Positions 40,677 through 49,283 of a stretch of 64,000 nt of DNA are shown here, piece by piece. This stretch comes from Candidatus Bathyarchaeia archaeon. GTDB lineage: Bacteria > Patescibacteriota > Microgenomatia > PFEM01 > JAFGMK01. Made by a program: the position numbers and the translations under genes. The stretch is from assembly GCA_035529595.1 (NCBI GenBank), contig DATKWK010000017.1, forward strand, positions 186,961 through 250,960, written 5' to 3'. A model generated the notes under the pieces. That model saw nothing but the letters and a program-made list of their open reading frames with translations. It was not told the origin of the DNA and searched no databases. Each line of letters opens with the position of its first letter. The first letter of the stretch is position 1.

Positions 40677-41616
40677 TACTGATTTTTCTTTCCGGTTCAA
40701 TCGTGTAATCAATTTTTTTACCCTTGAGGATTTTTATTAACTGGCGCATAAGATAAGTGATTTGCCGGTAATCTTTGTATTCGAATTCGACTCTTGAAAC
40801 GAATTTCCGTCGGGTTTGGGAGAGTTCGGCAAAGCAGTCTTTTGGTTTAAGCTTTCTTTGAATAACATTTTCGACCAGAGCTAAAACCTTTTTCGAGTTT
40901 TGGGGTTTAGTAAAAGTTGCGATCTTAACTTTCTGGATCGCTAAATCGACATAGGGCGCTGTCCCCAAGATGTGCCTCTTTTGGGTTATGCTAACGATTT
41001 TTCCGTTTTTACCTTGATAAACTGCCTTTCTCTCCCGCCGCTCGTCGCGGCCAAGGTTAATCTTGACGACTTTTTTGTAAACCATCGCCCCAATAAGCTG
41101 ATGACTGGAAAAGAAATTTTTACCGGCGTTTAAGATTTCTTTTTCATTTTCAGACACATTTGGAGGTTTTCCCGTTAAGGCAATGAAAACGCATTCCGGC
41201 CTGGCAGTAATCAAGGTTTTTTTAAACTTCCAGTAAATCTTTTTTTGCGGCTTAACATCGGCGAGGATTACTCTTACCGATTGTACTTCTCCGCTTTTGA
41301 AAAGGAATCTTATTCTCTGGGTTAGGTAGTCTTGAGGGTAAAGGACGTAGAAGTCGAGTGTTTCCGATAACGGCTGAATTTCGGCTGGTTTTTCATCCGG
41401 CCTTTTTAGGTTTTCAAAAAGTTTTACCAGTTTTCTAAGACTCAAAGAAGTGTTTAAACAAAGAGCTAGCTCCCGGTGAATATTAATAGTGACAAATTCG
41501 GGAAAGTTAGGAAGGAAACCTTTTCTTCTTAATCTCTCTGTTTTTTCGACCGCCCAAAAGGGAATCTTTTCCATCGCTTTTAAATTTTGGAGGAAATCAA
41601 TTGAGCCAGGTTCCAT
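40621..41616 (-). CDS. Hypothetical protein (331 aa), no recognisable domain
   Basis: Long ORF, convergent with tsaD and overlapping its 3' end by 56 nt. Basic and Lys-rich. No motif identified. Confidence 0.35.
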   Translation of the reverse strand: MEPGSIDFLQNLKAMEKIPFWAVEKTERLRRKGFLPNFPEFVTINIHRELALCLNTSLSLRKLVKLFENLKRPDEKPAEIQPLSETLDFYVLYPQDYLTQRIRFLFKSGEVQSVRVILADVKPQKKIYWKFKKTLITARPECVFIALTGKPPNVSENEKEILNAGKNFFSSHQLIGAMVYKKVVKINLGRDERRERKAVYQGKNGKIVSITQKRHILGTAPYVDLAIQKVKIATFTKPQNSKKVLALVENVIQRKLKPKDCFAELSQTRRKFVSRVEFEYKDYRQITYLMRQLIKILKGKKIDYTIEPERKISINSLPKVSNRFSLPDPDD

Positions 41617-41674
41617 TACTGGTTATTATACAAGCATTTAGAGCATAAGGGAAAATAATGGTAAATTTAGTGCA

Positions 41675-41683
41675 TGCTATAAT
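41675..41683 (+). promoter_or_regulatory. Extended -10 element TGCTATAAT upstream of the aminotransferase gene
   Basis: TGnTATAAT seen directly, 40 nt upstream of the ATG at 41724. The same tgctataat core recurs at 46692 and 51088. Confidence 0.35.
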
Positions 41684-41723
41684 AAAAAACAGAAGATAAG
41701 CTAAGTTAGCTGTTTAATCAAAA

Positions 41724-42908
41724 ATGACTAATTATCATTTTGCTTCCCGGGTTATCGGCGTTCCTGGTTCGGGGATTGGCTATATGATGAGATACGCTTC
41801 AAAGTACGACGGTGTCGTTTCTTTGGGCCAAGGCACTCCCTTGTTTCCTACGCCCGCATTCATTTATGACTACCTTTACCGGCGCTCAAAAACAGACTGG
41901 GAACTGGGGATGTATTCCGGTACTAAACTTGAAAATGAGCTTTTGGAGAAAATTACCAAGCAAATGGAAAGAATTTACGGTTTTAAGCCTGCCGGTGATG
42001 AGCTTTATTTAACCGTGGGCGGCATCGGCGCTTTATTTTCCGCCTTGATGGCCTTCCTTGATAAGGGCGATGAAATTATCTATTTTGATCCCAGCTATCC
42101 CTTGCATTTGTCCCAAATCCATTTAACTCAAGCAAAAACTGTTTTTGTCCCGCTTGATGAAAAAAAGGGTTGGTCGCTCGATCTAGTTAAGCTCAAAAAG
42201 GCGATTACCCCGAAAACCAAAGCCGTAATTTTGACCAATCCCAACAATCCTACCGGTACAGTTCTTTCACCAAATGAAGTAAAAGAGCTGGTCAAGATTG
42301 TTTTGGAGAACAACTTGATTTTAATTTTGGACGAGGCCTATGAGTTTCTGGTTTACGAAAAGCCGTTCTTCAGTCCGCTTGCGGTTCCGGAAATCAGAAA
42401 CAATGTTATTCTTTGCAAAAGTTTTTCCAAAGAATTTGCGATGACCGGTTGGCGGATCGGTTATGCCTACGCCAACAAAGAAATAATTTCCAAGATAAGA
42501 GACATTCATGTTTATTTCAGTATCAGTCCGGCGACTCCTTCAATTGTCGCGGCCACAGTTGCTCTCTCTGACCCGCGGGGGCACCAGGCAATGATGGAGT
42601 TTAGAGAAAAATTTCGGCAAAGCCGTCAGGTGATTTGTAACCGCTTGGACCGCTTGCCAAAGCTTTTTTCTTACCATAAACCGGATGGTGCCTATTATGT
42701 TTTTCCCAGGTTTTTGGGATTCGAGATTTCCGCCCTCGAATTTGCTAAACTGCTGGTTGACGAGGCCAAAGTAATTACCATTCCCGGAGGCTCAATGGGG
42801 CCAACCGGTGAGGGCCACCTGCGAATGTCTTTTGCCGCCGATAAAACGGTTATTCACAATGCTTTCGATAGAATCGACGCTTTTGCCAAAAAGCATCAAC
42901 TTTTATAA
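41724..42908 (+). CDS. PLP-dependent aminotransferase, class I/II
   Basis: LILDEAYEFLVY and the PLP-lysine region CKSFSKEFAMTGWRIGYAY. Confidence 0.8.
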   Translation: MTNYHFASRVIGVPGSGIGYMMRYASKYDGVVSLGQGTPLFPTPAFIYDYLYRRSKTDWELGMYSGTKLENELLEKITKQMERIYGFKPAGDELYLTVGGIGALFSALMAFLDKGDEIIYFDPSYPLHLSQIHLTQAKTVFVPLDEKKGWSLDLVKLKKAITPKTKAVILTNPNNPTGTVLSPNEVKELVKIVLENNLILILDEAYEFLVYEKPFFSPLAVPEIRNNVILCKSFSKEFAMTGWRIGYAYANKEIISKIRDIHVYFSISPATPSIVAATVALSDPRGHQAMMEFREKFRQSRQVICNRLDRLPKLFSYHKPDGAYYVFPRFLGFEISALEFAKLLVDEAKVITIPGGSMGPTGEGHLRMSFAADKTVIHNAFDRIDAFAKKHQLL

Positions 42909-42989
42909 GTAGCGTTTTTCTCTAATTTTTTATACTTTATTAGGCTCTTCTGCAGGGTTGGGTAAGAGTTCCTAAACCCCAGCAAAAAA

Positions 42990-43277
42990 ATGAAAGAAGA
43001 TATTGAGAAAGCCTTAGAGATAATCTTATCAGAAGTTGGTGCAACTAAATTTGCCTGGGCAGTTGTGGGAAGCGTTAGCCTCGCTAAACGGGGAGTGAAT
43101 ATTGAAGCGCATGATATAGATATCCTTGCAACCGAAAGAGACATCTTCAAACTTGAGAAAATCTTGAAAAAATTTATAACTGAACCGGTCAAGTACACTG
43201 AAACAGAATTCTTCAAATCTTATTTTGGCAAATTTACAGACAAAACAGGAGAATGCAAACTGGTCAGAAAAATCTAG
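42990..43277 (+). CDS. Minimal nucleotidyltransferase (MNT / Pol-beta superfamily)-like protein
   Basis: VGSVSLAKRGVNIEAHDIDILA matches the GS-x(9-13)-DxD nucleotidyltransferase signature. The ~95 aa size matches MNT-type antitoxin-like proteins. An overlapping TTG-start ORF (43225-43428) follows in the +1 frame. Confidence 0.45.
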   Translation: MKEDIEKALEIILSEVGATKFAWAVVGSVSLAKRGVNIEAHDIDILATERDIFKLEKILKKFITEPVKYTETEFFKSYFGKFTDKTGECKLVRKI

Positions 43278-43491
43278 GTTGGGTAAAGTGGTATTCTTTA
43301 ACTATAAAAATTTGGCTGTTCCCGTAATTCCCTTGACGGAAGAGTACAAGGCTTATGTGAGAATGGGCAGAGTAGAAACAGCGAAAAAAATTGAAAGGGT
43401 ATTGATCAATCGCAAAACAAAGTTATAAGGATATAATGGTTCTAGACCAGCCCGCTCAGTAATGGTATTAAAAATATAGTACAATTCGAAT

Positions 43492-43881
43492 ATGAAAGTT
43501 CTCCAGATAATCCCCGAGCTTTTGGTCGAAGATATGTCCAAGACAGTTTGTTTTTATAAAGACATACTTGGGTTTAAACCTGAAATAACCTTTCCTGAAA
43601 AAGATCCTACCTTTGTCCAAGTCGGGAGAGACGATATTCATATTATGTTATATGGCAGAAGCGAATTTGAAAAAGAGATACCGAAACTCAAAAAAGTAAA
43701 AATAGGCGGAACAGTTTTACTTTATATTAAAGCTAAGAAAATTGAGGATTTCTATAAACGGATTAATAAAGGTGTCACTGTTATCCAACAACTTCACAAA
43801 ACTGAATATGGTAGTGTTGAATTCACCATAGAAGATTGCAACGGATATCTTATTTGTTTTTCTGAAAGTATTTCAAAATAA
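43492..43881 (+). CDS. VOC-family protein (glyoxalase / bleomycin-resistance-like)
   Basis: The ~125 aa beta-alpha-beta-beta-beta pattern and N-terminal motif VEDMSKTVCFYKDILGF are typical of the VOC superfamily. Confidence 0.6.
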   Translation: MKVLQIIPELLVEDMSKTVCFYKDILGFKPEITFPEKDPTFVQVGRDDIHIMLYGRSEFEKEIPKLKKVKIGGTVLLYIKAKKIEDFYKRINKGVTVIQQLHKTEYGSVEFTIEDCNGYLICFSESISK

Positions 43882-43965
43882 AAAATATTATAGATCTGCC
43901 TTGCCCAGCTTAACTTGTCGATAACCTTTATTGATATTTATTCAATACAAACGTAAAACAAAATA

Positions 43966-44397
43966 ATGAATATAGGAATTATTTATCTGATAATAATGGC
44001 TTTTTGTGCATCATCATATAGTGCTGCTCAAAAGCTTACCTCGCAATATTTTAGTCCTATTATTTCTCTTCTTATCTCAAACGTTGTTGTATTTATCCTG
44101 GGAGGCATAATCTTGCTTTATCAAAAAACTTCCAACCAAGAAATAATCATTACACCTCAAAAAATTATCTTTCCATTACTAGTAGGATTGTTCGCTACGG
44201 GAATTGAGTACTTTGCTGTGCTTGCATTTTCAAAAAAGATCCCTTTTAATATGGCCTCCGTCATTACTGGATCTATTGGAGTTTTACTTACCGTACTGTA
44301 CGGAAAGTATATTTTTCAAGAAGGGATAACGCCCCTACGTTTAACCGCCTTGATTTTAGCAGCAATATCCACTTTCTTAGTCTCGATTTCTTTTTAA
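43966..44397 (+). CDS. Small four-TM membrane protein (EamA/DMT-like half-transporter)
   Basis: Four hydrophobic helices in 143 aa. Weak EamA-like pattern. Confidence 0.4.
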   Translation: MNIGIIYLIIMAFCASSYSAAQKLTSQYFSPIISLLISNVVVFILGGIILLYQKTSNQEIIITPQKIIFPLLVGLFATGIEYFAVLAFSKKIPFNMASVITGSIGVLLTVLYGKYIFQEGITPLRLTALILAAISTFLVSISF

Positions 44398-44479
44398 AAC
44401 AGTACAAGTAGAGAAGTACTATTTAGCTACCCGCATCTGTCTATCCTAGCCTTGATGTGAGATAATCGTTATACTCAGT

Positions 44480-44692
44480 TTGCAAGCTTTGCTTATAAGG
44501 ATAATAAGGCAAGTAACTACCTTCGAGGTACTTTTCCCTTGTTATTTAGGAAAGGAAAAACACCCTTTTCTTAAAAAAAGATTAATTCTTGATCTTTTTA
44601 AAGATGTTGATGACTACCAAGGGTTTGTTTTTAATCAAGCTGATTATCAAAGAAGCTTAGAAGAAATCAAACACCTAATTTGGGAGAAGTGA
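44480..44692 (+). CDS. Small hypothetical protein, paralogous-module copy 1 (YLGxxKxPFLxKxLILDLF...FNQADYQRxLExIKHLxWE)
   Basis: 70 aa ORF. Its C-terminal ~50 aa and ~60 nt upstream are duplicated at 45215-45393. Confidence 0.35.
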   Translation: MQALLIRIIRQVTTFEVLFPCYLGKEKHPFLKKRLILDLFKDVDDYQGFVFNQADYQRSLEEIKHLIWEK

Positions 44693-44786
44693 ATAGTTAA
44701 TATAGTTAATAAGGTGCAGGAAGTAAACCAGTTATACTTTATCGCATCGCCGAGACGACGAGGAAGAAGTTTGTCTTCCAATTCAA

Positions 44787-45071
44787 GTGAAAATTAAAAG
44801 TCAAATAATAATCATTGCTCTTACTTTATTGATCTACTTGGTAAAAAGTCTACAAGTATTGATTGCATTGGGAATTTTGGGAATTTTCTTTGTATTTGGA
44901 CTGGTGATTGCGGAAGCATATTCACTTCACAACTTGAGGTTTGTGATTGCCTCGGTCGTGGCTTTTGGTGTATTACTCATCAGCGAGCTTATAAAAAGAA
45001 AAGTAAAAAGGGAAAAACAGCCACCGCCGAGAGGAAAATCGGGCTATGAAAAATTCTATGAAAAGTTATAA
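44787..45071 (+). CDS. Small two-TM membrane protein with a basic C-terminal tail
   Basis: Hydrophobic helices IIIIALTLLIYLV and LGILGIFFVFGLVIA, then KRKVKREKQPPPRGK. Confidence 0.35.
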   Translation: MKIKSQIIIIALTLLIYLVKSLQVLIALGILGIFFVFGLVIAEAYSLHNLRFVIASVVAFGVLLISELIKRKVKREKQPPPRGKSGYEKFYEKL

Positions 45072-45165
45072 TTCCCATAAGGGGAATACAAAATTGGTTT
45101 TAGTGAGGAGCGCGTTTGGATTTTACTTAAGAGATTCTTAGTGTCGTCTTAGTCTCTTTTGATGA

Positions 45166-45393
45166 CTGCCAAAGGTTCTCAAGCTGGCAAAATCATTTGA
45201 AAGAGCCAATTTCGGTTACTATCCTTGGTCATCGTTGTCGGATTATTTGGGAGAAAACAAATATCCTTTTCTTGAAAAAAAGCTCATCCTTGATTTATTC
45301 AGGGACAAAGAAGATTACCGAGAATTTATTTTTAATCAAGCTGATTACCAAAGGGAACTGGAAAAGATTAAGCATTTGACTTGGGAGGCTTAA
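45166..45393 (+). pseudogene. Second copy of the small-ORF module, with no ATG start in frame (a degenerate paralog, or one using a non-canonical start)
   Basis: The reading frame encodes ...SDYLGENKYPFLEKKLILDLFRDKEDYREFIFNQADYQRELEKIKHLTWEA, ~65% identical to copy 1. It is open from the stop at 45163-45165 with no ATG. The ORF track instead reports a different-frame ORF at 45197-45379. Confidence 0.3.
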
Positions 45394-45397
45394 TATT

Positions 45398-45468
45398 CCA
45401 AGGTACAAGGGGGAAAGTACCTTGAAGGTGAAGATATATGAAGGTGAAGACACCTTTCTGATAAAAAA
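45398..45468. repeat. Degenerate inverted copy of repeat family R2 with an internal 16-nt tandem duplication (gaaggtgaagaNaNNt x2)
   Basis: ccaaggt...accttgaaggtg...gacacctt...tgataaaaa matches the reverse complement of R2a (ccaaggtgtcctacctgagacaccttgaaggtgtatcaaaa). Confidence 0.35.
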
Positions 45469-45609
45469 ACCGGCAGGATCCTTTAACTTAATTGTAGACC
45501 TGAAAATAGAAACGTCCCAGACCGGCCTACTCAGCTAAATCTTTAGTTCGATAGCCTCTTTCTTCTCAATTTATTTACATTTAGTTTCTGGTGTTTTAAC
45601 ATAAAAACC

Positions 45610-46140
45610 ATGCCGTTATACTTTATTACCGGGAATAAAGGAAAATTTGAAGAAGTAAAAGCTCTTATTCCTCGAGTCAAACAGCTGGACATTGACCTAC
45701 CGGAGATCCAGGATATCGACGCCAAAAAAATTATTTCAGAGAAACTAAAAGCCGTTCTCAAATATCATCAGGGAGAATTTTTTGTCGAAGATACATCATT
45801 ATACTTTGATTGTCTTAATGGTTTGCCCGGCCCTTTAATTAAATGGTTTTTGGAAACAATTGGTAATGAAGGCTTATTCTCTATCACTGATAAATTTAAA
45901 AACTACAGAGCAGTTGCTAAAACCATTATCGGCTATGCAAAAGATAAAGCAAATATCTCTTTTTACGAAGGAGTTTTAAAGGGCAGTGTCACTGCTCCCC
46001 GAGGAAAATCAGGTTTCGGATGGGACCCTATCTTTCAACCTGAAGGACAAGAAAAAACCTTTGCGGAGATGTCACAAGAAGAGAAAAACTTATTAAGCAT
46101 GAGGAAATTAGCTGTCTTACAATTAAAACAAGACTTATAA
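45610..46140 (+). CDS. rdgB: Non-canonical purine NTP pyrophosphatase (RdgB/Ham1 family)
   Basis: YFITGNKGKFEEVK N-terminus and the substrate pocket motif FFVEDTSLYFDCLNGLPGPLIKWF. Confidence 0.8.
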   Translation: MPLYFITGNKGKFEEVKALIPRVKQLDIDLPEIQDIDAKKIISEKLKAVLKYHQGEFFVEDTSLYFDCLNGLPGPLIKWFLETIGNEGLFSITDKFKNYRAVAKTIIGYAKDKANISFYEGVLKGSVTAPRGKSGFGWDPIFQPEGQEKTFAEMSQEEKNLLSMRKLAVLQLKQDL

Positions 46141-46187
46141 GCTATTTAAAATTTTTTTCAGGAGTAAAGACTAGAACTTATTTCAAA

Positions 46188-46262
46188 ACTCTGTTGTCAT
46201 TCCGATCCCGCATCTAGCTTAAGCGCTTCGCTAGATCCTTCGGCTTCGCCTCAGGATGACGT
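46188..46262. repeat. Repeat family R1, short copy c (actctgtt-gtcattcc ... internal hairpin ... caggatgac)
   Basis: Shares the 5' end (actctgttgtcattcc) and the caggatgac core with copy a. It looks like an internally deleted version and carries its own hairpin (catctagc ... gctagatc). Confidence 0.45.
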
Positions 46263-46338
46263 GGGAAGTAGGTTTTGAAATGATTCTAAAATATTAGAGT
46301 CATTGATTTGTAAATACAAGAACGGGTAGAAATTCTTT

Positions 46339-46674
46339 ATGGCAGACAAATGTTCTCAGTGCGGCCTTTGTTGTCGTTTATTTTCGGTGAATCTAACCGA
46401 AAAAGAATATCGCTCCGGTAAATATCGGACTCAGTTTGAGGATCTTGGCCTGATTGATGATTTTAACCAGGCAGCCGCCTGCGGGGCAAATATTCTTAAA
46501 CAAAAAGCAGATGGCAGTTGCTTCTATCTTAAGCGAAACAAATGCTCTATTCATGAAATCAGGGCCCAAGTTTGCCGAGAGTTTTTTTGCACTTCGAAGT
46601 TGAAAAAGTTCAGAAAAATGATTGAGCAGATCGAAAAGACACGGGCCAGTTTGGAGAGGGGGAAAACCAGGTAG
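46339..46674 (+). CDS. YkgJ-family CxxCxxCC putative Fe-S / zinc-binding protein (UPF0153)
   Basis: CSQCGLCC N-terminal motif plus additional conserved cysteines (CFYL, CSIHE, CREFFC). Confidence 0.65.
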   Translation: MADKCSQCGLCCRLFSVNLTEKEYRSGKYRTQFEDLGLIDDFNQAAACGANILKQKADGSCFYLKRNKCSIHEIRAQVCREFFCTSKLKKFRKMIEQIEKTRASLERGKTR

Positions 46675-46691
46675 CTTAGATCCGTTTTGTG

Positions 46692-46700
46692 TGCTATAAT
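46692..46700 (+). promoter_or_regulatory. Extended -10 element TGCTATAAT just downstream of the YkgJ-like gene
   Basis: gtgtgctataatcaaa is nearly identical to 51086-51100. The ORF-track 65-aa ORF (46689-46886) begins with a GTG inside this element. Confidence 0.35.
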
Positions 46701-46938
46701 CAAAACATAAATATAAATACAAAATCTTCAGTAGATGAGCTCATTGCCATTTTCTTAAAAAAGGGTGGGCGGATCGATAAATATTACCTTCGGGGATGGA
46801 ATAGAAATAAATATACGATTATCTATCTTAACGGCTGGTTTGGCGGAAAAAACATTCGTGAAGCACTTATGAAGTCACTTGCATAGACAGCTCTTTGCTT
46901 TTTTCTTCTGAGTCTGTTAGAATTATCCCGAAGTTTTA

Positions 46939-46965
46939 CTGCTTCTTAAAGAAGGCAGTTTTTTT
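46939..46965 (+). terminator. Intrinsic-terminator-like hairpin plus T7 run, 45 nt upstream of the fusA ATG
   Basis: ctgcttctt-aaa-gaaggcag stem (one bulge) followed by ttttttt, seen directly. Confidence 0.45.
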
Positions 46966-47009
46966 AATTTCGAAATTTTAAAAAACTGATTAATTAAGGG
47001 AAGCCATTC

Positions 47010-49160
47010 ATGGGAAATCAAATCGTAAAGTCAGACAAAAAAGTGCCTTTGGGTAGAATCCGCAATATCGGTATTATCGCTCACATTGATGCGGGTAAAA
47101 CTACTACTACCGAGCGGGTTCTTTATTACACCGGCAAGACCTATAAAATCGGTGATATTGACGAGGGAACAACGCAGATGGACTGGATGGACCAGGAGAG
47201 AGAACGGGGAATCACCATCATGTCAGCGGCGACTACCACCTTTTGGATGCTTAAAGAAGAAGGCGCAGTTGCCGAAGGTTCTTACCGGATAAACATTATT
47301 GATACTCCCGGCCATGTCGATTTTACGGCTGAGGTTGAAAGATCGCTTCGTGTTTTAGACGGCGCGGTTATGGTTTTTGATGCCGAAGAAGGGGTTCAAT
47401 CGCAATCAGAGACGGTTTGGCATCAGGCCAGCCGTTATCATGTCCCCCGGATTTGTTTTATCAATAAAATGGATAAATTGGGAGCTGATTTTGATCGAAC
47501 TGTCGAGATGATCAAGGATCGTTTGGGGGCGAAAACGGCCATTCTTTCATATCCGGTCGGAGCGGAAAAAGATTTTCGTGGAGTGGTATTGGTTTTGGAA
47601 AGAAAAGCCTATATCTGGGATGATAAAAAAGATCCTAAGGGTGAAAAATTTGAGGAGGTCGAAATCCCCAAAGAGTTAACTTCTAAAGTCGAGAAAATTA
47701 GAAATATTGTCGTGGAAGCAATCTGTGAAACTGATGATGAATTAACGGCGAAGTTTCTTGAAGGAGAAGAGATCACGATTAATGAACTTAAGCGTGCTCT
47801 CAGAAAAGCGACTGTTAAAAATCAATTGGTGCCAATTTATGTGGGCGCTTCTTTAAGAAATAAAGGCGTTCAGGCAATGCTCGACGGGATTGTCGAATTT
47901 CTTCCCAGTCCTTTGGATCTACCGCCAATTGAGGGAGTCAGTCCGGTTACGGGAGAAAAGGAGTTCCGGCCGCCTGATCCCCAGGCTTATTTTTCCGGTT
48001 TGGCTTTTAAGATTCAAACTGATCCGCACGTTGGCCGGTTAACCTATCTTCGCCTTTACTCAGGAACGATAAAACCGGGCGATAATGTTTTAAATACCAA
48101 GGCTGGTAGACATGAAAGGATTGGCCGCTTGCTTTTAATGCACGCTAACAACCGGGAGGAAATTAACGAGGCTTTTGCCGGTGAAATTGTCGCGATTGTC
48201 GGTTTGAAACAGGTTACCACCGGCGATACTCTCTGTGATTCGGCTCACCCGTTGACTTTAGAATCAATTAAGTTTCCCGAACCGGTGATTTCTCTGGCAA
48301 TTGAACCAAAGACGCGTGCCGATCAGGAGAAATTGGGCTTTGCTCTTAATAAGCTCTCCGATGAGGATCCGACTTTTAAGATAAAGAGCGATCGGGAAAC
48401 CGGACAAACTATTATCTCCGGAATGGGCGAACTTCACCTTGAGATTATTGTTGACCGGATGAAGCGTGAGTTTCAGGTTGACGCTCATACCGGCCGGCCT
48501 CAAGTAGCCTACAAGGAAACGATTAAAAAAACTGCCTCTGCCGAAGGCAAGTATATTCGTCAATCCGGTGGCCGGGGTCAATACGGACATTGTCTTTTGA
48601 GAATTGACCCTCTTGGCAGAGGAGAAGGTTTTAAATTTGCCAATGAAATTAGAGGAACCGCAATTCCTTCGGTCTTTATTCCGGCGATAGAAAAGGGGGT
48701 TAAAGAGGCGATGGAGAATGGAGTTTTGGCTGGTTATCCGATTGTCGATACGGCAGTTGCCGTTTACGACGGTAGTTATCACGAGGTGGACTCTTCAGAG
48801 ATTGCTTTTAAAATCGCCGGTTCGATCGCTCTTCAGGAAGCGGTCAAACGGGCCAATCCGGTTCTTTTAGAACCGATTATGAAAATGGAAGTGACTACCC
48901 CAGAAGAATTTATGGGTGATATTATCGGTGATCTTTCGGCTAAACGGGCTCAAATTTTAGGAACGGAAATGAGAGGCAAGATTAGAGTAATTAAAGCTTT
49001 GATTCCTCTGGCCGAAGTTTCCGGTTACGCTACCACTATCAGAAGCATGAGTCAGGGACGAGCCAGTTTCTATATGGAGCCGAGCCATTATCAGGAAGTA
49101 CCGGTTCAGGTTGCCGAAAAGATTGTCGCGGCAAAGAAAGGGACGGTAACAAAGGAGTGA
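47010..49160 (+). CDS. fusA: Elongation factor G
   Basis: Full-length EF-G similarity (AHIDAGKTTTTERVLYYTG, DTPGHVDF). Confidence 0.97.
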   Translation: MGNQIVKSDKKVPLGRIRNIGIIAHIDAGKTTTTERVLYYTGKTYKIGDIDEGTTQMDWMDQERERGITIMSAATTTFWMLKEEGAVAEGSYRINIIDTPGHVDFTAEVERSLRVLDGAVMVFDAEEGVQSQSETVWHQASRYHVPRICFINKMDKLGADFDRTVEMIKDRLGAKTAILSYPVGAEKDFRGVVLVLERKAYIWDDKKDPKGEKFEEVEIPKELTSKVEKIRNIVVEAICETDDELTAKFLEGEEITINELKRALRKATVKNQLVPIYVGASLRNKGVQAMLDGIVEFLPSPLDLPPIEGVSPVTGEKEFRPPDPQAYFSGLAFKIQTDPHVGRLTYLRLYSGTIKPGDNVLNTKAGRHERIGRLLLMHANNREEINEAFAGEIVAIVGLKQVTTGDTLCDSAHPLTLESIKFPEPVISLAIEPKTRADQEKLGFALNKLSDEDPTFKIKSDRETGQTIISGMGELHLEIIVDRMKREFQVDAHTGRPQVAYKETIKKTASAEGKYIRQSGGRGQYGHCLLRIDPLGRGEGFKFANEIRGTAIPSVFIPAIEKGVKEAMENGVLAGYPIVDTAVAVYDGSYHEVDSSEIAFKIAGSIALQEAVKRANPVLLEPIMKMEVTTPEEFMGDIIGDLSAKRAQILGTEMRGKIRVIKALIPLAEVSGYATTIRSMSQGRASFYMEPSHYQEVPVQVAEKIVAAKKGTVTKE

Positions 49161-49174
49161 AAAAAAGTTTCGCT

Positions 49175-49202
49175 TGCAATTAAAAGAGGAATGTATTAAA
49201 AT
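49175..49202 (+). promoter_or_regulatory. Candidate promoter for tuf (TTGCAA - 16 nt - TAAAAT)
   Basis: Hexamers seen directly. A strong SD (aagaggagg) precedes the ATG at 49284. Confidence 0.4.
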
Positions 49203-49283
49203 TTGGCGAGTTACCTGCTTGAACTGAAAATAATCAGGCGGTAAAATTTCTCTAAAAAATTAAATTAAAAAGAGGAGGCATTT

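Noticed and set aside
43225-43428. HEPN toxin partner for the MNT-like gene
   Set aside because: No Rx4-6H motif. The ORF relies on a TTG start. Kept only as a finding, not as a feature.
46689-46886. 65-aa ORF from the track as a confident CDS
   Set aside because: It needs a GTG start that is part of an extended -10 promoter element, and no ATG ORF exists in the region. Listed as a possible small transcript instead.
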